Assembly (NCBI GenBank): GCA_963756455.1 | Contig: CAVWNC010000004.1 | Location: forward strand, 958,397 to 1,022,396 | Source of the DNA: an uncultured Acidobacteriota bacterium | GTDB taxonomy: Bacteria; Acidobacteriota; Thermoanaerobaculia; Multivoradales; UBA5704 | Reading direction: 5' to 3' | DNA: 64,000 nt | Shown here: positions 32,492 through 40,185 of the stretch, piece by piece | Layout: each line of letters opens with the position of its first letter | Numbering within the stretch: the first letter of the stretch is position 1 | The notes under the pieces: model-generated | Database searches by the model: none | What the model was told of the DNA's origin: nothing | Seen by the model: the letters and a program-made list of their open reading frames with translations, nothing else | Position numbers and translations under genes: made by a program

Positions 32492-33538
32492 TCACGGCCG
32501 GAGGTGTTCCCGGGGCGGCCGCCAAGGTCCGACCAGGAGATCATGGGTGCCCTTCTCGACTTGTGCGGGAAAGTCCGGGTAGTCGCTCCGAATCTCCTCG
32601 GCGACGCAGTTCAAGGTGGAAGCAAGCCGCCGATCGTGCTGATCAATGCTCGCGAGCTGCCGGCGGATACGCCGCCAGCTGATCCGGGACGGGGTCACGG
32701 CCGACCAGCACCGGTAGAGGAGGTACGACGCGCCGTCCCAAAAGAGAGGGCGGTTGTGGAACCTGCGCATCAGACGGAGAGGCAGGACCACAGGGCTGTT
32801 GCGCAGGTAGTCATGGAACGCCGGGTCGAGAACGATTCCGTACCGCTGCAGGTCGACAGGGAGAAAGGATAGCTGGGAACGGTTCTCCGTGGCCAGCATT
32901 CGCCGGGCCTCAGCTCCATCCCTCGGTGTATAGGCCCTCTGGATCGGCCTCATGTTAAGACGGGCCGTGCCGGTCGGGGTCCGCAGGAGCAAGGTCATCG
33001 AGAGGCTGAGGAGACGCTGCAGGCGCTCCTCGAAGCGTCGGTACTGCACTCCGGAACGGGCGAGTTGGAAGGCCTCGAAGAAATCGGTCAGGCTGGCGAA
33101 GTTGACGAAGCCGGTATCGTAGGTGAGGGTGGTGATCCATGCGAGCAGGGCTCGATCGGCACCGAAGGGGATGGGGACGTCCGGCTCCGTCGTCGAGAAG
33201 TAGACGGTCAGGTGGGTGTCGGAGCCGAGTTGGGCCTCGCGGGGGATCGTCGTCAGCGGGCTACGTTTGTAGGGGAAGCCGCAGAAGACGAGCGCTTTGG
33301 CGGCGAGGAGAAGGGAGTTGGGCTCCTCGGGACGGTCTGCCAGGACCGCCAGAGAGGCTGGAACGGATGGAGAAGCGGATAAGGACGAAAGGTCTGCGGC
33401 GGTCTGCTGGCCTGCCCCCTCCGCAATTGGTAGGTCGATGGTGCCGAGGATGTCCGAGAGGGACGCCGGGGAGCCTGGCCTACGGCCGTCGAGCCGCGGT
33501 TTGGCGGCTCTTTTCGTGGGAGTTTGGTGGCCGTTCAT
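32492..33538 (-). CDS. Replication-initiator-like (RepA/RPA-like) protein, copy 2, intact (349 aa from ATG 33538)
   Basis: GGGAGG RBS lies 5 nt before ATG 33536-33538. The conserved core FSTTEPDVPIPFGADRALLAWITTLTYDTGFVNFASLTDFFEAFQLARSGVQYRRFEERLQRLLSLSMTL loosely resembles the FSxSTKP / SGG-Y-LE-AL-RL-GTS pattern of plasmid 'replication initiator protein A' families. The family assignment comes from memory of the motif pattern and not from a search. Confidence 0.45.
   Translation of the reverse strand: MNGHQTPTKRAAKPRLDGRRPGSPASLSDILGTIDLPIAEGAGQQTAADLSSLSASPSVPASLAVLADRPEEPNSLLLAAKALVFCGFPYKRSPLTTIPREAQLGSDTHLTVYFSTTEPDVPIPFGADRALLAWITTLTYDTGFVNFASLTDFFEAFQLARSGVQYRRFEERLQRLLSLSMTLLLRTPTGTARLNMRPIQRAYTPRDGAEARRMLATENRSQLSFLPVDLQRYGIVLDPAFHDYLRNSPVVLPLRLMRRFHNRPLFWDGASYLLYRCWSAVTPSRISWRRIRRQLASIDQHDRRLASTLNCVAEEIRSDYPDFPAQVEKGTHDLLVGPWRPPREHLRP
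32495..33430. repeat. Direct repeat copy 2
   Basis: See copy 1. Both are in the same orientation and flank the abiE pair. Confidence 0.8.
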
Positions 33539-33572
33539 CGGGCCTCCCGGCGAGCATGCAGGCTGAGAATCC

Positions 33573-33591
33573 GCGGCGAAAGCGTGTACAA
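33573..33591. promoter_or_regulatory. Palindrome GTGTAC-N7-GTACAC in the promoter region of repA-like copy 2
   Basis: Perfect 6-bp inverted repeat 35-55 nt upstream of start codon 33538 on the coding strand. Two cttcgccc direct repeats lie nearby at 33601-33629. This is a possible operator or iteron. No equivalent is seen upstream of copy 1. Confidence 0.3.
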
Positions 33592-33694
33592 TTTCGGTAC
33601 ACTGCCGCCCAATCTTCGCCCATTTCTGGCAAACTTCGCCCTCCCTCCTTTGAGGCATAAGCCAATAAAAATCAATGGGTTATGGTGTTGTGAA

Positions 33695-33766
33695 GGGTTG
33701 TGGCGAATTGGCCTTGACAGACTTTTAATCCGCGGGTCCAGAGTTCGAGTCTCTGACGGCCCACCA
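33695..33766 (+). other. tRNA-like 3' fragment (T-arm, acceptor 3' strand, discriminator, CCA). A full cloverleaf could not be folded.
   Basis: ...cgcgggtc CAGAG TTCGAGT CTCTG ACGGCCC A CCA gives a perfect 5-bp T-stem, a TTCGAGT loop, a 7-nt acceptor 3' strand and a templated CCA. Upstream gggttgt (33695-33701) can pair with the acceptor using 2 G-U pairs. The 35 nt in between are too short for D and anticodon arms. The fragment sits in a GC-poor region at the right flank of the island. Confidence 0.35.
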
Positions 33767-34077
33767 TTTAGAATCAATCCGTTAGGGGTCACCGCGGAAC
33801 CCCTCTCGCCCCATTTCGTACGCTTTTCGTACAGATGGCATCTTGCGCGTCTGCTGGCAGTTTCTCGATTTCTGCCATGGCTTGCTCAAGCAATACGGTC
33901 ATGTCGGATGTCTTCTAAACGTCCATTCTATCTCGCTTAGGCCGAGGCTCCGACGACGTTGCGGAAGCCGGCCACAGCCCGGAGCCCTTTCACAGTGCGG
34001 CAACGAAAGGTACAGGTGCTGTTAGGTGCCATGTTGAGAGGGATACTGGCTCGAGAAACGGGAGAGGAGACGGTGCC

Positions 34078-34524
34078 ATGCCGACGACGGACCGACCGCT
34101 CGCAGCCGAGGAGGTGATCCGGATCCTGGAGCTCGTGCCCCATCCGGAAGGGGGCTTCTACCGCGAGACCTTCCGCGACCGACCGCAGGAGGGCGGGCGG
34201 GGAGCCTCGACCGCCATTTACTACCTGCTCCGGGCCGGGGAGATTTCCTCCTGGCATCGGGTGACCGATGCCGCCGAGATCTGGCACCAATACGCCGGGG
34301 GAGCCCTGGATCTCACCCTCTCGGCCGACGGCCGGGAGACCTCGGTCCACCGCCTCGGCACCGATCTGGGAGCAGGCGAGCGCCCGCAGGTCACGATCCC
34401 GGCCGGCGTCTGGCAGACCGCCCGGTGTCTCGGCGACTGGACCCTCGTGGGCTGCACGGTCGCCCCTGCCTTCGAATTCAGAAGTTTCGAGATGGCTCCG
34501 GCCGGCTGGGCCCCCGCCGAATAG
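34078..34524 (+). CDS. Cupin-fold protein, DUF985-like
   Basis: MPTTDRPLAAEEVIRILELVPHPEGGFYRETFRD...IYYLL...SSWHRV... matches the DUF985/cupin signature (LxPHPEGGxYRET). A GGAGAGGAG RBS lies upstream. Confidence 0.7.
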   Translation: MPTTDRPLAAEEVIRILELVPHPEGGFYRETFRDRPQEGGRGASTAIYYLLRAGEISSWHRVTDAAEIWHQYAGGALDLTLSADGRETSVHRLGTDLGAGERPQVTIPAGVWQTARCLGDWTLVGCTVAPAFEFRSFEMAPAGWAPAE

Positions 34525-34767
34525 GGAGAACCGGGCCCCTAGGAGCGCGAGGTGCGCTCTGACTTAGGTGGACGGTACAGAAGCGGCTCGACCTTAAGCG
34601 GCCTCCTCTTCGCCTGACCTGTGGCCGACGTGTACTCGCTGGACGCGGTAGCCTGGCTCACCCTCGTCCGCGGCAATGGACGGCCTCATTCTAAATCGTG
34701 CACGTCTGCTTACGAATTTCACGCTTCTGGATTCAAACTGTAGGCTCCTCTTCTAGAGAGGGGAGGG

Positions 34768-34795
34768 GTGAGAGCGGGGAGGTCCCTGCTCTCAC
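34768..34795 (-). terminator. Hairpin 10 nt downstream of the lanA stop
   Basis: gtgagagc-ggggaggtccct-gctctcac gives an 8-bp perfect stem and a 12-nt loop. There is no U-tract. Confidence 0.4.
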
Positions 34796-34804
34796 CTTGA
34801 GGTC

Positions 34805-35017
34805 TTAGGGACAGACGGCCGGCGGGCAGGGGCTGCAGATGGAGGTGCGAGTGCTGCAGGCACCGATGGTCAGGGCGCCGTTTACGCCCTTCAGCTGGTC
34901 GCCGGTGACGTCGATCGACGCCGCCGGATGGGCCGGCAGGGCGGCGCGCTCGGCGTCGCTCAGGCTGAGGTAATAGTCGAGATCACGGAAGGCGCGCGAC
35001 ACATGGAGCTTCTTCAT
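34805..35017 (-). CDS. lanA: Class II lanthipeptide precursor peptide candidate (70 aa)
   Basis: MKKLHVSRAFRDLDYYLSLSDAERAALPAHPAASIDVTGDQLKGVNGALTIGACSTRTSICSPCPPAVCP. It has an acidic, helix-prone leader ending ...QLKGVNGA. The C-terminal 23 residues carry 4 Cys and 6 Ser/Thr. A GGAGAG RBS precedes the start. ATG 35015-35017 overlaps the LanM TGA 35014-35016 (ATGA). Confidence 0.7.
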   Translation of the reverse strand: MKKLHVSRAFRDLDYYLSLSDAERAALPAHPAASIDVTGDQLKGVNGALTIGACSTRTSICSPCPPAVCP

Positions 35018-38000
35018 CGTTCTCTCCTGCTGCGAGCCGGCGCGAGGGAATCCCACGCCGGAGGCCTAAGGCTGGGCGGCGGCTCCAGGCGGAGCACCGA
35101 GGGCACACGGCCCGGAGCGGCGAGGCGCAGCAGGCCGTAGCCGACGCCCGCCAGGCCGACCATCAGGCCCGGCGGCTCGGCGGCGATGGGCAGGCCGAGC
35201 CGCCAACCGCGTTCGCCACGTTCTCCACGATCGCCACATTCTCCGATATCGGCCAGGATGCCGCCGGCGAGACGGCCGGCACGCGCCGCGAGCGCCGGAT
35301 CGTCCAGGATCGCGGCGGCATGTTGCACCACTTCGAGATTGCCGATATCGCCATGGCACAGGCAGTGGCCGCGGCCGAAGCCACCGGCGAGGGTCGTGGC
35401 GACGGCGGTCGCCGCGTCCTCGCGCAGCTCGCTGTCGGCATGGCGCAGGCCGTCGAGGCGGGAGAGGGCGATGCCTGGAGCGCCGTGGCACCAGGCGTTG
35501 AGGTAACGCGCCCCTCCGCCTGCGGCCTCGCCGCCGGCCCGGAGGTCGGGCCAGTTGCGGGCGGTTGGCGAGTAGAGCGAGCGTTCGTAGGCGACCGCCG
35601 CCAGGGCGGTGGCATGGTAGCGCGGCTCGCCGCCGCACGCCTCGGCGAGCTGCCAAAGCGCCCACGAGATGCCGGCGGCGCCGTGGGAGAAGCCGGCGAG
35701 CGGCGGCCCCGGTGCCACCACCGACGCCCAGCCGAGCCCCTGCGGCATGGCGACCGCCCGCGCGAGCAGGCGCTCGCCGCAACGCACCGCTAGATCGAGG
35801 AGGCGCGGCGACGGTCGCAGGCGGTGCAGGCCGAGCAGGCAGACCAGGCAGCCGGCGACGCCGCCGACCAGGTCGCAGTGCTCGTCCGCGTCGATCGCCG
35901 GGCCGAGGGAGTGGGCGATGCGCTCGGCTTCGTCGAGCAGGGCATCGTCCTGCCACAGCGCCCCTAAATGGGTGAGGGCGAAAATCGCGCCGCCCCAGCC
36001 GGAATAGGCGCCGACGGCAGTCAGCAGTTGGGAGCCGGCGGCCACCTGGCTGCGCAGGGTGACGGTCGCGGCCCGCGCCAGGGCGGTGAGCTGCGGTTCG
36101 CCGGCGATCTCTCCCAGGAAGGCGAGGAAGAGGGCGATCCCTGGCACGCCGAGGTGGAGGTCGGCGCCGGCGGGGACGACCCGCCAGCGGCGGCTGTCCT
36201 GCGGCAGGTCGGGGCCGAACCAGGTGGCCGCCGCGCCGCTCTGGAAAGCGAGCGCCGTCAGGCTGCGCCCCACCGCCATCGCCGCCTCCAGCAGCTCCGC
36301 CGCGCTGGGCGGACCCGAGGTCTCCTGCAACTCGTACTCCGGCGACGGCGCGGGCCGGCCGGTCGCCGCCAGGAGGGCGCTCCGCGCCAGCCACGTCTGG
36401 CGTTCGATCTCCGCCTCGTCGAAGCTGTCGAGACGCGCCGCGACCCGCGCCATGCCGCTTTCGTCCAGGAAGTCCGCGATGCGCTCGCCGTCGCTCGCCA
36501 GCAGGTCGCGCGATCCCGGCCAGGTGGTGAAGAACGGAATGTCGCCGCCTCGCAGGTCGCGATGCTCGGCCGGTACCAGGCGCTCGAAGGCGGGCCGCTC
36601 CGGAACCACCGTCCAAAGCAGGTCGAGCAGGCGCTCCCGTTCCAGCGCATCGCCCAGCACGTAAGGATGTTGGGCGTCGTTGTAGAGGGCGGCGTAGGCG
36701 GCGGTCTGGCGCAGCAGCACGCGCACCGGGGCCGTGGCGAACGGGGCGAGCGGCCCGGCCGGCGCGGCGAGCTCGGCGCGGTGCGCCGCCAGCAGCCGCG
36801 CCATGCGGACGAATCCCTCGATCAACGCCTCGATGTAGCCGGCGAGCGGTACCGCGGCATCGTTCAGGGTCGGCTGGTGCTCGCCTCCCACTGGCATTTC
36901 GGTCTGCCGCTTGAGGAAGCGCATACGGTCGGTACCGGTGTCGGCCAGGCCGAGCACGGTCTGCGGCACCAGCTGGCCGGCGGTGGCGGTCAGGCCGCTC
37001 AAGTCGATGCCGGCGCCACCGCCGGCTTCACCGCCCCAGCCTTCATCGGGAAGGAAGCCGACGCGCATCACCGTGTCGGGCAGCTCGGCCGCCGCCGCGG
37101 TGCCGCCGAAACGCTGGTCGAGGGGATGGAACAGCGCCTCCAGGTCGAGCAGCATGGGATGCTCGCCCACCGCCATCAGGTTCTCGTGGTGCATATCGGT
37201 GGCCGAGAGCACGAACAGGAGCGCCAGAAAGCCGCCCTGGCGCTGATAGAAGCGCTCCACCTCCGCCGCGCTGGCGCAGGGGGCCGGCGCCACGGCCTCC
37301 ACCCAGCCGTGGTCCCCGCAGTCGACCACCTTCAGCTGCCTGAAGGCGGGGGTGAAGCCGCGCTCCACGCACCAGCCCAGCAGCTCCTGGAAAGCCGCCT
37401 CGACAGCCATCGGCCGCGGCTTGTAGATGAGCTGCAGCCCCGAGGCGAAGCGCAAGCGCGCCACCGAGCGGCCGCCGCGGTGCGCGTCGCCCAGCCCACT
37501 CGCGATCTCCACCACCTCCCCAGGCTCGCCCGCCGGAGAGAAGGCGGCGCGCCAACGGTCGTCCGCCGCCGCCAGGTGGCCGCAGATCTCCAGGCCGAAG
37601 TCGGCCCAGCGGCCTGCCGTCTCGACCACTTGGCGGGCGAGCACCGGATAGCGGTGCAGGATCTCCAGGGCGCCGGCCGGCTGACGCAGGTATGCAATGA
37701 AGCTGTGGAAACGCTCCTCGGGGGTGGCGCCGGCGAGCCTGCCGTCGAGGCCGGCGAGATGCAGCTCGAGCACGAGGGTGCGTCCGAGCAGCAGCTGGAT
37801 ATGCGAGGTGAGACCGCGACTCAGCATGGCGGCGACCGCCGCGGGCGTGAAACGCGGCGTTGCCGAAGCGGGCGAAGCGGCGGCCAGCGCCTCGAGACCG
37901 GCGAGCAGGCGTGAGAAGGCGCGGTCCAGCACCGGCCGCGCAGCCTCCAGGAAGGGCGCCTGACCGCTCGCCGCCAGCACCTCCGGCGGCAGCGGGAAAC

Positions 38001-38343
38001 GTTCCGGCGGCGGCGCTCCGGCGTAGGCCGCCGCCAGCTCCTGCAACCAAGGCGGCGAGGCATTGAGGGCGGTGAGGGCGGCGGCCAGCTCGGCGGGGGC
38101 CTCGCCGAGGAGGCTGCGCAGGCGCGCCGGGGTCACCCCTTCGACGGCCAGACGGCGGGCGAAGAAACCGTCGGCAGCGAACGGCTCCTGGGCGCGCCAG
38201 CGCGCGAACCGCCGCCCGGCGCGCTGCCGCGCCGCCGCGGCGCGCGGCGGGGGCAGCGTGCGGTGGCAGGCGGCGCGTTCGGCCAGCCCGAGCGCCGCGA
38301 GCCAGTTCGGCGATGCGAGGAGCGCTGCGACGTCGGGGGCCAC
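35014..38343 (-). CDS. lanM: Class II lanthipeptide synthetase LanM (N-terminal dehydratase plus C-terminal LanC-like cyclase)
   Basis: LanM signatures LQLIYKPRPMAVE and SATDMHHENLMAVGEHPMLLDLEALF. Cyclase zinc-ligand motifs NAWCHGAPGIALS and HCLCHGDIGNLEV. The track ORF runs to 38397 (MRCARLSHRG...). An internal GTG at 38341-38343 lies 3 nt downstream of a perfect GGAAGGAGG and is the more likely start. Confidence 0.85.
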   Translation of the reverse strand: MAPDVAALLASPNWLAALGLAERAACHRTLPPPRAAAARQRAGRRFARWRAQEPFAADGFFARRLAVEGVTPARLRSLLGEAPAELAAALTALNASPPWLQELAAAYAGAPPPERFPLPPEVLAASGQAPFLEAARPVLDRAFSRLLAGLEALAAASPASATPRFTPAAVAAMLSRGLTSHIQLLLGRTLVLELHLAGLDGRLAGATPEERFHSFIAYLRQPAGALEILHRYPVLARQVVETAGRWADFGLEICGHLAAADDRWRAAFSPAGEPGEVVEIASGLGDAHRGGRSVARLRFASGLQLIYKPRPMAVEAAFQELLGWCVERGFTPAFRQLKVVDCGDHGWVEAVAPAPCASAAEVERFYQRQGGFLALLFVLSATDMHHENLMAVGEHPMLLDLEALFHPLDQRFGGTAAAAELPDTVMRVGFLPDEGWGGEAGGGAGIDLSGLTATAGQLVPQTVLGLADTGTDRMRFLKRQTEMPVGGEHQPTLNDAAVPLAGYIEALIEGFVRMARLLAAHRAELAAPAGPLAPFATAPVRVLLRQTAAYAALYNDAQHPYVLGDALERERLLDLLWTVVPERPAFERLVPAEHRDLRGGDIPFFTTWPGSRDLLASDGERIADFLDESGMARVAARLDSFDEAEIERQTWLARSALLAATGRPAPSPEYELQETSGPPSAAELLEAAMAVGRSLTALAFQSGAAATWFGPDLPQDSRRWRVVPAGADLHLGVPGIALFLAFLGEIAGEPQLTALARAATVTLRSQVAAGSQLLTAVGAYSGWGGAIFALTHLGALWQDDALLDEAERIAHSLGPAIDADEHCDLVGGVAGCLVCLLGLHRLRPSPRLLDLAVRCGERLLARAVAMPQGLGWASVVAPGPPLAGFSHGAAGISWALWQLAEACGGEPRYHATALAAVAYERSLYSPTARNWPDLRAGGEAAGGGARYLNAWCHGAPGIALSRLDGLRHADSELREDAATAVATTLAGGFGRGHCLCHGDIGNLEVVQHAAAILDDPALAARAGRLAGGILADIGECGDRGERGERGWRLGLPIAAEPPGLMVGLAGVGYGLLRLAAPGRVPSVLRLEPPPSLRPPAWDSLAPARSRRER

Positions 38344-38523
38344 GATCCTCCTTCCCAAGGGGAATGTGCCGCGGTGGGACAGCCGGGCACATCGCATACT
38401 CTGTTAATTGAAGATTATTTTCAATAGAGCCATTGCAGGATATCGGGAGCTGAGGACGCCGATCGGCAGCCCGCGGCCACAGACCCTCCGATCCTGCCAT
38501 ACTGTGGTCCAAGGGGGCACTCT

Positions 38524-39036
38524 ATGAAGATCCAAACGCTCACGGCCGCGGCTGTCCGGTTCTTCGCGCTGTATCTCCTTCTGTCCGCCATCAACCTCGC
38601 CTCGGAGCTCGCCGTTTCGTTCGGGCTTCCGGAGGAGCTCCGTGGAGGCGGCATGCTGTACATTCTGTCGCTCGAGCTGGTGATCTCGCTGGTCGTCGTC
38701 TGGTTTCTCCTGGCCCGCACAGAGGTGGTGACCGGCTGGATCCTCCGCAGCCCGGCTTCAGGCGAGGAAGAGGCCGCCTTCACGACCGGCGATCTCTCCA
38801 TGCTCGCCTTTTTTGTCGCGGGTCTGATCTTTCTGATCTCCGGGCTCGAAACTCTCCTCCTCCAACTCTCCGGCTGGTTCTTTGCGTCCATCTTTCACCA
38901 CCCTGGGGTTCCCATCCGTGGCCAGGAGGGGGAACGGCTGGCGAGACTGAGCGGCTCCGTGGTCGAGGTGATCGCGGGCATCTGGCTCCTGCTCCGGGCC
39001 CGGAAGCCGGGAAAGGTGTCTGAGGCTGCCCTTTAG
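38524..39036 (+). CDS. Small integral membrane protein (4 predicted TM helices), unknown function
   Basis: MKIQTLTAAAVRFFALYLLLSAINLASEL...LYILSLELVISLVVVWFLLA...LAFFVAGLIFLISGL...VIAGIWLLL. An AAGGGGG RBS lies upstream. It is divergent from lanM across a 180-nt spacer. Confidence 0.55.
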   Translation: MKIQTLTAAAVRFFALYLLLSAINLASELAVSFGLPEELRGGGMLYILSLELVISLVVVWFLLARTEVVTGWILRSPASGEEEAAFTTGDLSMLAFFVAGLIFLISGLETLLLQLSGWFFASIFHHPGVPIRGQEGERLARLSGSVVEVIAGIWLLLRARKPGKVSEAAL

Positions 39037-39180
39037 CGAGCTCTTGTCCGAGGTTCTGAAAGGACCGTCGCCCCCTACAGGTCAGGCGCAGCCGTCCGAC
39101 GTGCTTCCTCGTCGGTCGGCTGCGGGCCTGCTTCTCCTGGGCGGAGGAGCGTCGCGGTAAAGTCGGGGCTTGGGACAGCC

Positions 39181-39951
39181 TCAATTGTCGAGCTTGAGCC
39201 CTCCCGGGCTCGTGGCCTGTTCGGCCCCGACCAGCTTGCCGTCCTCGAAGCGCAGATTGTTGGGAAGGCCGGTCTTCTCTCCCGCGGAGAAGGTCCAGAA
39301 GCCGATCTTCGCCCCGCGGTCCTGGCGCATGGACCAGGTCTCAACTTTCTTGCCCTTCTCCTCGCTCTCCTTGACGCTCTCGGGGCTGCCGGTCACGTAG
39401 AAGACCTGGCGTTTGGTCATGCCGTTCATCAGCTTGCGGTCGGCGATCGCCTTCTTGACGTCGGCCGACCAGTCGGCGTGCTCCTCCTGCAGGGGGACGT
39501 GCGAGAACGCCTGGTCGATCGCCTTCTTGAAATCGTCCAAGGTCAGGATGTTGACCAGCTTGATGACGGTGTCGTTGCCGTCCGACTTCCCCACTCCGGC
39601 CACCTCGAGCTCGGCGGCGTTCTCCTCGTCGTAGTACTTGATGCTGTCGAACTTGACGGAATCGTTGGGACCCACCCCCCAGTAAATGCTCTGGGCGTGG
39701 AACGGACCGGCCGAGAGGCCCTCCCCGCTCTGGGTGTTGCTCCCCGTGGGCGAGACCTCGACCAGGGGGAACTTGTAGGTCCCGAAGGGGTGTCTTCCCA
39801 GGCCGCAGGGGGCATCGATCCGGAAGTAGAGGGTCCCCTCCAGCAGCTTCTTCGCCGCCTTCTTGTCTTCTTTGGAAATGGCGGCCGAAGAGATCCCGGC
39901 GATAAACAGCAACACCAACGCCCACAGCGCTGCTTTCTGTTTCATGATCAT
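39181..39951 (-). CDS. Secreted Lys-rich hypothetical protein
   Basis: GGAG-N-ATGATCATGAAA start. Signal peptide MKQKAALWALVLLFIAGISSAA. Codon usage is distinctly less GC-rich than the neighbours. Confidence 0.55.
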   Translation of the reverse strand: MIMKQKAALWALVLLFIAGISSAAISKEDKKAAKKLLEGTLYFRIDAPCGLGRHPFGTYKFPLVEVSPTGSNTQSGEGLSAGPFHAQSIYWGVGPNDSVKFDSIKYYDEENAAELEVAGVGKSDGNDTVIKLVNILTLDDFKKAIDQAFSHVPLQEEHADWSADVKKAIADRKLMNGMTKRQVFYVTGSPESVKESEEKGKKVETWSMRQDRGAKIGFWTFSAGEKTGLPNNLRFEDGKLVGAEQATSPGGLKLDN

Positions 39952-40185
39952 CTCCTTAAATTGGGATGCGTTTCCCCACACGTTATCATCCAGCGCAGTG
40001 CTTGAGCAAGAAAAGTCGTGCAAAGAAGAAGCGAGCTCGTGCGAAGGCACAGGTAAAACCGGCTCTCCTGCTCTCGTTCAAGCTGTAGAGTTCTGTTCTG
40101 GATTTGACACAGAGAAGGGTTCTCTGGACTCGAGGGTATGCCATTCCACTGCAGCGGGAAACGGCACCCGGGGGCCGGCTCCCCT

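Noticed and set aside
33695-33766. tmRNA (ssrA) 3' end
   Set aside because: The T-arm, acceptor and CCA architecture also fits tmRNA. There is no room for a tag-peptide reading frame or pseudoknots: only about 70 nt, with a nearby upstream gene.
35066-38512. Plus- and minus-strand alternative-frame ORFs over lanM (e.g. 35066..36616, 35968..37914, 37043..38512)
   Set aside because: Low-complexity Arg/Ala/Gly-rich translations. LanM motifs occur only in frame 35014..38397.
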